Made by a program: the position numbers and the translations under genes
Shown: positions 55,159 through 64,000 of the stretch, piece by piece
Layout: each line of letters begins with the position of its first letter
Numbering within the stretch: position 1 is the stretch's first letter
Notes under the pieces: model-generated
What the model saw: only the letters and a program-made list of their open reading frames with translations
Databases searched by the model: none
What the model was told of the DNA's origin: nothing
From: an uncultured Thermoplasmata archaeon
GTDB lineage: Archaea > Thermoplasmatota > Thermoplasmata > UBA10834
Direction: 5' to 3'
Length of the DNA: 64,000 nucleotides
NCBI GenBank assembly: GCA_963719945.1
Contig: CAVRDX010000003.1
Coordinates: forward strand, 64,001-128,000

Positions 55159-56316
55159 TTGATAGGCAAGGACAAGATTCTCAGCGTCCTAGAGAGCTAT
55201 GATCTGAAGAAGGCCAAGATCGGCATGGTGGCATCCCACTCTGCTCTGGATGTATGTGACGGGGCCGTGGAGGAAGGTTTCAGGACCCTGGGCATATGCC
55301 AGGCTGGCAGAGAGAAGACCTACAGCCGATATTTCAAGAGTCAGCGAGATGCAAACGGCAAGGTGGTCCGAGGCGTCGTGGATGAGTGCTGGGTCTTGAA
55401 GAAGTTCAATGAGATGATGGAACCCAAGTTCCAGGACAAGCTGAGGAAGGAGAATGTCATCTTCGTCCCGAACAGATCCTTCACATCCTATGTCCCCCTA
55501 GACCGTATCGAGAACGAGTTCGAGATACCGCTCATGGGCACAAGGAGCCTTCTGAGGAGCGAGGAACGCGGCGAGGAGAGAGATTACTATTGGTTGCTCG
55601 AGAAGGCCGGGCTGCCCTTCCCGAAGAGGATAAAGGACCCAAACGACATCGACCGTTTGGTCATCGTCAAGCTGCATCACAAGGTCAAGAAGCTCGAACG
55701 CGGGTTCTTCACCGCGGCTTCCTACAAAGAGTACAGGGAGAAGTCTAGAGCGCTCATATATGACAATGTCATCACCGAAGAGGACCTCATGGATGCGAGG
55801 ATAGAGGAGTATGTCATCGGTCCCGTGTTCAACCTCGATTTCTTCTACTCTCCTCTGGAGAGTAAGATGGAACGGATAGAGCTCATAGGTGTCGATTGGA
55901 GGTTCGAGACCTCATTGGACGGTCATGTCCGACTGCCTGCACCTCAGCAGATGACGCTTGTTGGTCAGCAGGCCACTCCGGAGTATACTGTCTGTGGACA
56001 CAATTCTGCTACCATGCGTGAGTCATTGATAGAGGGCGCCTTCGATCTGGCCGAGAAGTATGTGAACGCGACGAAAGAACATTATCCTCCAGGGATAATC
56101 GGTCCGTTCTGCCTCCAGACCTGCGTAGACAAGGATCTGAAGTTCTTCATATACGATGTCGCACCGCGTGTAGGCGGCGGCACGAACGTGCACATGTCCG
56201 TCGGGCATCCATATGGGAACACCACGTGGCGGACAAATATGAGCACTGGACGACGTCTGGCACTCGAGATCAGAAGAGCCATCGATACCGATCAATTGGA
56301 CAAGATTGTGACCTGA
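55159..56316 (+). CDS. purP: PurP-family ATP-grasp enzyme (FAICAR synthetase or paralog)
   Basis: ASHSALD, VPNRSF, ERGFF, IIGPFCLQ and RVGGGTN motifs. Confidence 0.88.
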   Translation: MIGKDKILSVLESYDLKKAKIGMVASHSALDVCDGAVEEGFRTLGICQAGREKTYSRYFKSQRDANGKVVRGVVDECWVLKKFNEMMEPKFQDKLRKENVIFVPNRSFTSYVPLDRIENEFEIPLMGTRSLLRSEERGEERDYYWLLEKAGLPFPKRIKDPNDIDRLVIVKLHHKVKKLERGFFTAASYKEYREKSRALIYDNVITEEDLMDARIEEYVIGPVFNLDFFYSPLESKMERIELIGVDWRFETSLDGHVRLPAPQQMTLVGQQATPEYTVCGHNSATMRESLIEGAFDLAEKYVNATKEHYPPGIIGPFCLQTCVDKDLKFFIYDVAPRVGGGTNVHMSVGHPYGNTTWRTNMSTGRRLALEIRRAIDTDQLDKIVT

Positions 56317-56469
56317 GTCCTATCGTCCTGACTAGTCTGGCCTGCTGGCAATATCTCTAATACGCGCGCGGGCCCCCTAAAGCTTATAAAGGGGCACTCT
56401 ATTCGCCGAAATACCTTTCTCACAAGGGGGTACGTTGGTTTGAAACCCGCGGAGAGGGGGGGCAATTGA

Positions 56470-59469
56470 ATGAAGACAGGTGCAATGAGTAAGCTATCAG
56501 CCAGCATCATCGTGCTGGTAATGGCGATGTCCGCCTTGATCATCCTTCCAGGATCGAACGAGGGCGCACTGCCAAGTGGGGTGAAAATATATGTGCCCGT
56601 ATCCGACGGGTCTGGAGTATCATCGGGTGTTACGGTCACCCTGACGAACGTGCACACTGGGGAGGTCATTCAAGCTCCCTACGCTTCGCCAGGTATGTTC
56701 GTTGCCACGAACGCTCCATCGGGATATTACAGGGTAGATGTGACCTCTGGCGATCATTGGGACCTTTGGGGTGCCAAGGAGTTCAGGTACGACGGTCTCA
56801 CCAACTATACTGTCACTCCCGTCATCACTTTGGATGCATTCCCGGACAAGGTCTATACATGGAATGTGACTGTCAGGGACGCATCGAGCAGTGCCAAGAT
56901 ATCCGGCGCGACCGTCGGGTTCTACGATCCGGCCCTGGACGAGATAGTCGCTGAGGCCACCACCGATTCGCTCGGTCTGGCCTCTGTGAACATGTTCAGC
57001 TCCGCGACGCCTGGAGATTATGCGCTGTTCATTAAGGCGAAGAACTACAGGATGTATTATGATGATACGGTCACGGTCACTTCCGACAGTTTCCCAAGCT
57101 TGACTGTTGTGAAATCTGTCAGAGTAACTGGTCTCGTGACTGATGAGGATGGCCCAGCGCCAAATGTTGTGGCGTACCTTCTCAGCAACGACACGTCCTT
57201 GCCATGGATTGAGCGCTTGATGAAGAGCTCGACTGGCGGGAGCTTCTTCGAATTCGATGCGGTTCCGGGTGACTATACCCTCTGTGTCGATGCAGATGGA
57301 GTATCCGCATACATGGAATATCTGACGGTAGGTGCAACCGCGATATCGCTGACTCTCGACCTCGATGCTCAGACGCAGAGGACCGAGCAGGTCGCGATGG
57401 AATTCGGTGCTGACTACAATACTTTCTCGTTGGGTCTCGATACCGTCTGGTCCTATGATGACGCATACCCTGGCCTGAAGTACGCCGACATCGGCAGCCT
57501 CAGGATGCAGATAGATTTGAGCGCTGGATCTCCTAACGGCATGATAGATTCAGGCGAGATCGTCGCATTCACTGCAATGGTCTCGACTCAGGCCGCGATC
57601 CATGTGTCGACCGATGCGCTCATTGAAGTGAACGATACAGTGTTCAAGTCTGCTACCTCTGTAACTGGTCTGGTCGTCGGATTATCGACGGGGCTGGTCA
57701 CTTCGACCGGTGGAGTCGCCTACTCGTATGATTGTGCTTACACATCCGTCAACACATTGGATGTCGGTGCTGAGGAGTACACCTCAACCGCATACACGAG
57801 ATACGATACTGCATCCGTGGACTACGTCTACTCGATCGAACTGCCTTCCGGATATGAACTCGTCTACAACAACACCGAGGAGACCGGGGAGCATGTTGCA
57901 TCCTACGGATATCTGACGGTGGTCCTTGACCCTGAGGAGTACGTCGGCACCATGCAGGCCGTGAGCCTGGTCTTCGAAGAATGGAAGATGCCTGACGCGC
58001 TCGGAGGAGTCGATGACACCAACGTCACATATGTGATGACCGATGAGGACGGCAATGTCACTGGATATGTCGTGCGTGTGGGTTCCGAAGCGACCTTCAA
58101 TGCGACGAGTTCCTTCGATCCGAACAGCAACCCTCTGGAGTTCACATGGACCTTCGATGATGGTACCTCTGAGACTACGAGCGAGCTGACTGTCAACCAC
58201 ACATACACGACCGCATCCGCGAGCAGGACCGTGATCCTGGAGGTCACGGACGTGTCCGGCATGGTCAATCAGACTGAGATCGAGATCATCTGCGATGCGC
58301 GTGACCCGACCCCGGTGTTGAGCGTCAAGGAACTCACGGTCAACGAGACCACCAACACGCTCAAGGTCGACCAGAACGAACTCGTATGGTTCAACGCGAC
58401 AGATTCGAGTGACGATGTAGTCTCCGCAGACGACGGGCTCGGAATGATCGAGTCGTTCCAGATCGAATATGGCGAGGGCAATGTATCCGACCGTGTCTAC
58501 ATGACCGAGGATGAGAAGAACGTCTCGTATTCGTGGGAAGACTCCGGCACATACACCCTGGTCCTGAATGTCACTGATGTCGTGGGCCACTGGAAGAACA
58601 CCACGATGACTGTCATCGTCAACGACACATCGAGTCCCGATCCATCCTTCATAGTGAAGAACGAGTCATGGGGTTCGAGCCTGATCGAGGGCGAAGTCAT
58701 CATATTCAATGCGAACGCGACCAAGGACAACATCGACAACAACAGTGCGCTGTACTTCTCTTGGTACTTCAACGACGACCTTGGTGCTGATTCGTGGCTC
58801 AACGGTACTGGACTCTGGAATGTCACGCACACCTTCGAGGTCAGTGGCAGCTACGCAGTCAGGTTGAATGTGACAGACAGCTCGGACAACTGGGACGGAT
58901 ACACCAAGACTGTGACCATAAGCGCTGGCCCGAGGCCCAATGTGATCATCGACCAGATAACATTCGATCCAGTCGAGTTCACCGAGGACTCTCAGGGATT
59001 CATCGTTGTGAACATCACGAACAGTGGCAGCGCAGTAGCCACCGATATCGTGGTGAAGTTCTACATCGAGAACGCAGATGGCACTGAGGACGAGCTGGGG
59101 ACATGGTCCACCATACTGAACCGCACAACAGGCGCGACCATAACCACACTCGAGATCGACGGCACGGCTGTCGTGAAGTTCCCGTACACCTTCAGCAGCC
59201 CAGGTACATACACGGTGAAGGTCAACGTGACCTCCGACAACCAGCTAGTGGTCGATGAGAACACCTCGGACATCACGGTCAAGGAAGCCGGGTGGAAGAA
59301 GATCGCCCTATGGGGCGGTGTCGCCGCTGTGATCATCCTGGTTCCGCTCCTACTCTTCCTGCGCGGCAGGTGGATGAAGAGGGACAAGAGAGGCCCGAGG
59401 CGCGAGAAGCAGAAGAAGGAGAAGCAGCAGAAGGAAAAGAAGCAGCAGAAGGAAGAAGAACAATCCTGA
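56470..59469 (+). CDS. Large membrane-anchored surface protein (carboxypeptidase-regulatory-like, PKD and CARDB domains)
   Basis: Signal peptide, FNATSSFDP/WTFDDG PKD repeats, many N-x-S/T sequons, C-terminal TM helix and charged tail. Confidence 0.85.
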   Translation: MKTGAMSKLSASIIVLVMAMSALIILPGSNEGALPSGVKIYVPVSDGSGVSSGVTVTLTNVHTGEVIQAPYASPGMFVATNAPSGYYRVDVTSGDHWDLWGAKEFRYDGLTNYTVTPVITLDAFPDKVYTWNVTVRDASSSAKISGATVGFYDPALDEIVAEATTDSLGLASVNMFSSATPGDYALFIKAKNYRMYYDDTVTVTSDSFPSLTVVKSVRVTGLVTDEDGPAPNVVAYLLSNDTSLPWIERLMKSSTGGSFFEFDAVPGDYTLCVDADGVSAYMEYLTVGATAISLTLDLDAQTQRTEQVAMEFGADYNTFSLGLDTVWSYDDAYPGLKYADIGSLRMQIDLSAGSPNGMIDSGEIVAFTAMVSTQAAIHVSTDALIEVNDTVFKSATSVTGLVVGLSTGLVTSTGGVAYSYDCAYTSVNTLDVGAEEYTSTAYTRYDTASVDYVYSIELPSGYELVYNNTEETGEHVASYGYLTVVLDPEEYVGTMQAVSLVFEEWKMPDALGGVDDTNVTYVMTDEDGNVTGYVVRVGSEATFNATSSFDPNSNPLEFTWTFDDGTSETTSELTVNHTYTTASASRTVILEVTDVSGMVNQTEIEIICDARDPTPVLSVKELTVNETTNTLKVDQNELVWFNATDSSDDVVSADDGLGMIESFQIEYGEGNVSDRVYMTEDEKNVSYSWEDSGTYTLVLNVTDVVGHWKNTTMTVIVNDTSSPDPSFIVKNESWGSSLIEGEVIIFNANATKDNIDNNSALYFSWYFNDDLGADSWLNGTGLWNVTHTFEVSGSYAVRLNVTDSSDNWDGYTKTVTISAGPRPNVIIDQITFDPVEFTEDSQGFIVVNITNSGSAVATDIVVKFYIENADGTEDELGTWSTILNRTTGATITTLEIDGTAVVKFPYTFSSPGTYTVKVNVTSDNQLVVDENTSDITVKEAGWKKIALWGGVAAVIILVPLLLFLRGRWMKRDKRGPRREKQKKEKQQKEKKQQKEEEQS

Positions 59470-59520
59470 TCTGTCTGAATCTCAAAACCTGCGAAACCTC
59501 TTAACCCTCCTTTTCATTTC

Positions 59521-60294
59521 TTGTCATGTATCAGCATGCGCGAACCATCTTGGCGTCTGGTCGACAGCGGCATAGTATCCCCTGCGATTTCTGGAGCCTT
59601 GGACGAAGCCATCCTGGAGGCACATTCCAGAGGACTGGTCCCAAACACCCTCCACTTCTACATACGTGCCTCGCCCACGGTATCAGTGGGCCATTTCCAG
59701 AAGGTGAACGAGACCCTGGATTTGAATGAGTGCAGGGATCGTGGAGTCAGCGTCATCAGGCGTCGTTCGGGCGGGAGTTCGATATATACAGATTCAGGAC
59801 AGCTGATCTATGCCGTCGTGCTCTCCCGCTCCGACATACCGGCGACACCGGAGAAGTCATTTGAGGTCCTGTGCACGATCATCTCCAAGGCCATATCGTC
59901 CTTCGGAATCGATGCCAGGTATCGGCCTGTGAACGATGTCGAGATCGGCGGCAAGAAGGTCTCAGGGAGCGCCCAGCTGAGGAGAAAGGGTTCGGTCCTT
60001 CAGCACGGGACCGTTCTTGTCGACACGGATTTCGGGGTCATGGACTCGGTGCTGAGGTTGGACCGAGAAAGGAATCCAGGACTATCCAGACCGTCTGATC
60101 GCATGACAACGCTGTCCCGCGCCCTTGGCATGACCCCAGATATGATGGACGTGAAGTCGCGAATGCAGAGAGCATTTTCCGAACATTTGGGATCCGAACT
60201 CGTTCGAGATGAATTGTCAAGGTTCGAAGCGGATCTTGTGAACGAACTGGTCGGAACCCACTATTCCAAGGATGAGTGGAATCTGAAGTTCTGA
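59521..60294 (+). CDS. Lipoate-protein ligase A family (catalytic domain only)
   Basis: LDEAIL, SVGHFQ, RRRSGG, NDVEIGGKKVSGSAQ and LQHGT motifs; the start is probably MREP at 59536. Confidence 0.9.
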   Translation: MSCISMREPSWRLVDSGIVSPAISGALDEAILEAHSRGLVPNTLHFYIRASPTVSVGHFQKVNETLDLNECRDRGVSVIRRRSGGSSIYTDSGQLIYAVVLSRSDIPATPEKSFEVLCTIISKAISSFGIDARYRPVNDVEIGGKKVSGSAQLRRKGSVLQHGTVLVDTDFGVMDSVLRLDRERNPGLSRPSDRMTTLSRALGMTPDMMDVKSRMQRAFSEHLGSELVRDELSRFEADLVNELVGTHYSKDEWNLKF

Positions 60295-60295
60295 A

Positions 60296-62014
60296 CTACA
60301 TTTCATCGGGCGCGTCTATGCCAAGGCACATCAGAACATTTCTGAGCGTCCACCTGCTAGCTTCTACCAGTGCGAGCCGGGCTTCCCTGTTTTCTCCTTC
60401 CGCTTTGAGGACCGGGATATATCTGTAGAATTGATTGAACTGTGCCGCGAGCTCCTGAGCGTATGCGGCGAGGGGATGTGCCCTCCTGTTCTCAGCGCAA
60501 TCCTCGATGATCGATGGGAAGCTCGATATGAGCTTGACCAAAGCCTTCTCATGGTCGGTGATCAGGTGCCTTGCATCGAACTTGCCGCTCAGTCCATCAG
60601 CCTTGTTCATGATCGAGCACGCACGCGCGTGTGCATATTGAACGAACGGCGCACTCGCGCCTTCGAAATTGAGTGCATCTTCCCATTTGAAGACTATCTG
60701 CTTCTCCGCCTGTATCCTGATTATATTGTACCTAAGCGATCCGACACCAACGACGCGCGCGATCCTCATCATCTTCTCCTCTGAGATGTCGGGCCTTCTC
60801 TTCTTGACTTCCTCGTACGCGCGATCGGTCGCCTCTTCGATCAAGTCGTCTATGTAGACGACCAGTCCCTTGCGCGTCGACATCCTGCCTTCTGGCAGGG
60901 AGACGAACGAATAGAACACGACATCGGGTTTCCTATCCACACCCATGATCTTCAGCGCGGCCGCCAGCTCCAGCATCCCGAGTTTCTGGTCTTCGCCAAG
61001 CACGTTGATCGGTATGTCAGTCCTGCTGAACTTGTCCAAGTGATATGCGAGGTCTCTCGTGGTATAGAGTGAGGTGCCATCGGACCTCGTGAACACCCAT
61101 TTAGTCTCTCTTCCGCTTATCCCGAAGCTCTCTAGCTCGAGGTGATACGCGCCATCCACCTCGACGCAGAACTCTGATCTCTTCAGCGTCTCGATCACTC
61201 GATCGACGCTGCCATCCTGGACGAACTTCGATTCCCAAGTAGTTCCATCGTATTCGATGTTCAATCTCTTCATGCTCTTCTTTATCTCTTGGAGCACGCG
61301 CTCGCAGTTCTCTCGTGCGATGGCGACGGTCTCCTCGTCCCCGTGCTCGAGCTTGAAGAGCATCTCGTCCATCTGTTTCAGGACTGCAGGATCTTCCTCT
61401 GCGCACTTGTTCGCCTTCTGGTAATATAGGACATAACGGTAGTGGTCCGCATCCCTGTCGGGCTCCTCATCGAGCTTGAGGTGTTTCACGCCCCAGGTCA
61501 TCACAACCACCTGTCGGCCAACATCGTTCACGTAGAATTCGGTGGAGACATCGTATCCCGCCATGCGCATCACTCGTGCCAGAGTGTCGCCGATGATCGG
61601 GTTCCTCGCCCGGCCCACATGCAGCGGGCCTGTGGGGTTGGCGCTCGTGTGTTCCAACAATATCTTCTCTTTCCTCGGCTCGCCAGCGCCATATCCGTCC
61701 TTCATGGCAAGAACGTCCTCGAGGACTGATTGGGCTAACCCCTCATATTTGACATGGAAATTGACATACCCGCCATTTGCCTCGACCTTGTCTATTAGGT
61801 CGCCAGCCGGGATCGATGAGGCTAGCTCTTGGGCGATGATGTTGGGCGCCTTCCTCATCTGCTTTGCCAATGGGAAGCACGGGAACGCTAGGTCTCCCAT
61901 CCCCTCAGGGGCCCTGTCGAGCACTATAGGTGAATCGACTCCAAACTTCGCGAATGCATTTTTCAAAGCCGTCGAAACCTCAGCTTTGAATCCGCTGAAC
62001 GGGTCTGAAACCAT
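60296..62014 (-). CDS. argS: Arginine--tRNA ligase
   Basis: EHTSANPTGPLHVG, MSTRKG and VQYAHARACSI motifs. Confidence 0.97.
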   Translation of the reverse strand: MVSDPFSGFKAEVSTALKNAFAKFGVDSPIVLDRAPEGMGDLAFPCFPLAKQMRKAPNIIAQELASSIPAGDLIDKVEANGGYVNFHVKYEGLAQSVLEDVLAMKDGYGAGEPRKEKILLEHTSANPTGPLHVGRARNPIIGDTLARVMRMAGYDVSTEFYVNDVGRQVVVMTWGVKHLKLDEEPDRDADHYRYVLYYQKANKCAEEDPAVLKQMDEMLFKLEHGDEETVAIARENCERVLQEIKKSMKRLNIEYDGTTWESKFVQDGSVDRVIETLKRSEFCVEVDGAYHLELESFGISGRETKWVFTRSDGTSLYTTRDLAYHLDKFSRTDIPINVLGEDQKLGMLELAAALKIMGVDRKPDVVFYSFVSLPEGRMSTRKGLVVYIDDLIEEATDRAYEEVKKRRPDISEEKMMRIARVVGVGSLRYNIIRIQAEKQIVFKWEDALNFEGASAPFVQYAHARACSIMNKADGLSGKFDARHLITDHEKALVKLISSFPSIIEDCAENRRAHPLAAYAQELAAQFNQFYRYIPVLKAEGENREARLALVEASRWTLRNVLMCLGIDAPDEM

Positions 62015-62016
62015 AC

Positions 62017-63243
62017 TCAGTTCACCCTGAATCTAAGTATGCCTGCGATGCCGCCGAAAGCCTTCTTCAACAGTTCGCCTTCTTCTGATTCTCCAGATAT
62101 GAATTCAACCTTAGTATTGTTGGCATCCGCCGTCTTGTGAAGCTCTCCGACGAGATCCTCGATGTCATCAGCTTTCATGACGGCCTGGCATTTATCGCAC
62201 TTGATATCATCTGTTGCATTCTGGGTCATCGCTTCCTTCTGGAATCCGCAGCTGGGACACGTGAGCTTGAGCCGTACCCTCCTCATATCCTCCGAAAGCA
62301 GGAGGGCATCAACGGCGCCGATCATCAGGGCGTTCCTGACATTTTCCTCGCCGTATATCGAGAGCCCACCATCCGGTTTCCTGATCTCCTCGAACAGCCG
62401 CTGCATCAGGTTCTTCTCCCTCATGAGGTCAATGTCCTTGAGGGCATCTCTTGCCTTTTCGACCAGTTCCCTGAGGCCGTACTCGTCCGTATAGCCCACG
62501 TCGAATGTGTCTATGACCTTCTTCTGGAGCTCATAATGAAGATACTCGCTCTTGACGAAATACTCCTTAGTCGGCCCAGGTCCTCCGATGAGCACTCCCT
62601 TCAGGTTCTTGTTCGTCAGAAGCGATTCGTTGACGACATCCGCTACCTTCTTGTAGAATTCGTGAGCCGCGATCTCGATCAACCGTTCGAACCTTCGAGC
62701 GGATTGACCTCCCCTGCCATGCTTGCTGGGGACCAGTGACGGTATGTTCTTGATCGGTATGATCCGCTTGCCATGCAGGAGCCCTATGGTCGCCTCTCCC
62801 CTGTCGATGACTATCAGTCCATAGGAATCCTTGTGCTCCAGCATCTGAATGAGCGGTTCTGTGAAGAAGCCGGAATCGCATCTGTATATGAATGTCTGGA
62901 CCGCATCCGGAGGTTCAAGGGTGTATTGAACCATCGACGTCTGGTCAGCAGATGTCGATTTGTGCCCCACGAAGAAGACAAGGCCGTTCTCTGGCGGCTG
63001 TCGCTGCCCCTTCAACCTCGAGAGGATCGATGATATGGCTGCTTGGACGTTCTTTCTCGTGCTCGCGCTCTTTATGTTCGAGGATTGAGAGTACTCATTC
63101 CTCAAATAGGCAGCAACATCAGAAATCTGCCTCGTAGGTGGTATGTACAGAGATATGAGTTCCGTGCCTCTACCGGAGATCTTCTCGACCTCCTCGAGGC
63201 TTCTCCTGAACTCGTATTTCTGCAGTTCCGTTAGCTCAGTCAT
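62017..63243 (-). CDS. prf1: Peptide chain release factor aRF1
   Basis: NIKS, YRCD and GGQS motifs with a zinc-ribbon minidomain. Confidence 0.97.
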   Translation of the reverse strand: MTELTELQKYEFRRSLEEVEKISGRGTELISLYIPPTRQISDVAAYLRNEYSQSSNIKSASTRKNVQAAISSILSRLKGQRQPPENGLVFFVGHKSTSADQTSMVQYTLEPPDAVQTFIYRCDSGFFTEPLIQMLEHKDSYGLIVIDRGEATIGLLHGKRIIPIKNIPSLVPSKHGRGGQSARRFERLIEIAAHEFYKKVADVVNESLLTNKNLKGVLIGGPGPTKEYFVKSEYLHYELQKKVIDTFDVGYTDEYGLRELVEKARDALKDIDLMREKNLMQRLFEEIRKPDGGLSIYGEENVRNALMIGAVDALLLSEDMRRVRLKLTCPSCGFQKEAMTQNATDDIKCDKCQAVMKADDIEDLVGELHKTADANNTKVEFISGESEEGELLKKAFGGIAGILRFRVN

Positions 63244-63299
63244 ACGAGAATCCAGTCCGAAGCTTTTTGTACGGGTTAGAGCGTTCGTCATTATAAAGG

Positions 63300-63989
63300 T
63301 TGACCATGATGGATGCAGTCGTTTTGTCCCTTGGCGGATCGATACTGGTGAGGGATCCAGACTCCTCTGATTTCATAAGGAAATTGTCCGAGATGCTCAT
63401 CGAAATCTCGTCGAAACACAAGGTGTACGTCGTGACGGGTGGCGGAAGGATCGCACGGTTCTACATCAATAACGGTCGAGCCCTGGGCGCAGACGAGAAG
63501 TCTCTCGACGTCATGGGCATCGAGACGACCAGGCTGAATGCGCGGCTGTTGATAACCGCGCTAGGGGCACACGCATCTCCCGACCCACCTCGGACCTACG
63601 ATGAAGCTGCAGTTGCAGGCATGGAACACAGCATCGTCGTCATGGGTGGTGTCAGCCCTGGTATCACGACCGATGCCGTATCGGCATATCTTGCGGAACG
63701 TGTCGGGGCGAAACGTCTCGTTAATGCCACATCTGTTGACGGCGCGTACACCGCTGACCCGAAGAAGGACAGCAACGCCAAGAAGATACCGAGGATGACC
63801 CACGAGGCGTTGATCGAGTTGGTCGGAACCGACCCTCTCGGAGCAGGTCCGAACATAGTGTTCGATCCCACAGGATCGCAAGTCATTGCAGAGAACAAGA
63901 TCCAATTGGCCATAGTGGATGGCACCGACATCGGCAATCTGAAGAATGCGCTATGTGGCTCGCACTTCTCTGGCACGCTGGTCGGGTGA
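63300..63989 (+). CDS. pyrH: UMP kinase (archaeal type)
   Basis: SLGGS, TGGG, PGITTDAV and DGAYTADPK motifs. Confidence 0.95.
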   Translation: MTMMDAVVLSLGGSILVRDPDSSDFIRKLSEMLIEISSKHKVYVVTGGGRIARFYINNGRALGADEKSLDVMGIETTRLNARLLITALGAHASPDPPRTYDEAAVAGMEHSIVVMGGVSPGITTDAVSAYLAERVGAKRLVNATSVDGAYTADPKKDSNAKKIPRMTHEALIELVGTDPLGAGPNIVFDPTGSQVIAENKIQLAIVDGTDIGNLKNALCGSHFSGTLVG

Positions 63990-64000
63990 TTCAGAGTAGC

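Noticed and set aside
59400-59465. AGAAG/CAG-rich tandem-like sequence
   Set aside because: It simply encodes the low-complexity K/E/Q cytoplasmic tail of the surface protein.
59521-60294. Lipoate ligase plus Hdr as an sHdr/LbpA sulfur-oxidation system
   Set aside because: The genes are 28 kb apart, no lipoate-binding protein or TusA is present, and HdrB/C look methanogen-type.

Overview
Gene-dense archaeal chromosome segment, most consistent with Thermoplasmatota. The evidence is S3Ae, aRF1, archaeal PyrH/PurP/ArgS, two intron-containing tRNAs, bacterial-type Adk and MutS/MutL; this taxonomy is inferred from gene content only. Bases 1-10.5 kb are an archaellum locus on the - strand: arlI (truncated by the window edge), arlH, arlG, arlF, arlC-D/E, three archaellins, a second ArlD/E protein and two divergent winged-HTH regulators. 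The rest holds anaerobic and peptide-catabolic genes (AOR + ferredoxin, HdrCB-DUF749, GlcD-like oxidoreductase, non-pyrrolysine MttB, a Dpp-type ABC importer, M20/C11/M14 peptidases), two V4R signalling pairs (V4R-Roadblock; Rab-like GTPase with V4R-DUF835) and housekeeping genes. No transposase, integrase or CRISPR array was seen. The strongest leads are: (1) a perfect 28-bp inverted repeat (5755-5782 / 7752-7779) bracketing the giant archaellin and the putative promoter of the main archaellin operon, with a degenerate third copy before the third archaellin, which is a candidate invertible switch or mRNA-mRNA antisense control; (2) ArlF with an inserted six-bladed NHL-like propeller, and an archaellin with three inserted FN3-like domains; (3) a TGATTCTCAT-type motif shared by the archaellin and regulator promoters; (4) a Rab-like GTPase/Roadblock/V4R/DUF835 signalling set. 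All family calls are from motif recognition by eye; no searches were run.
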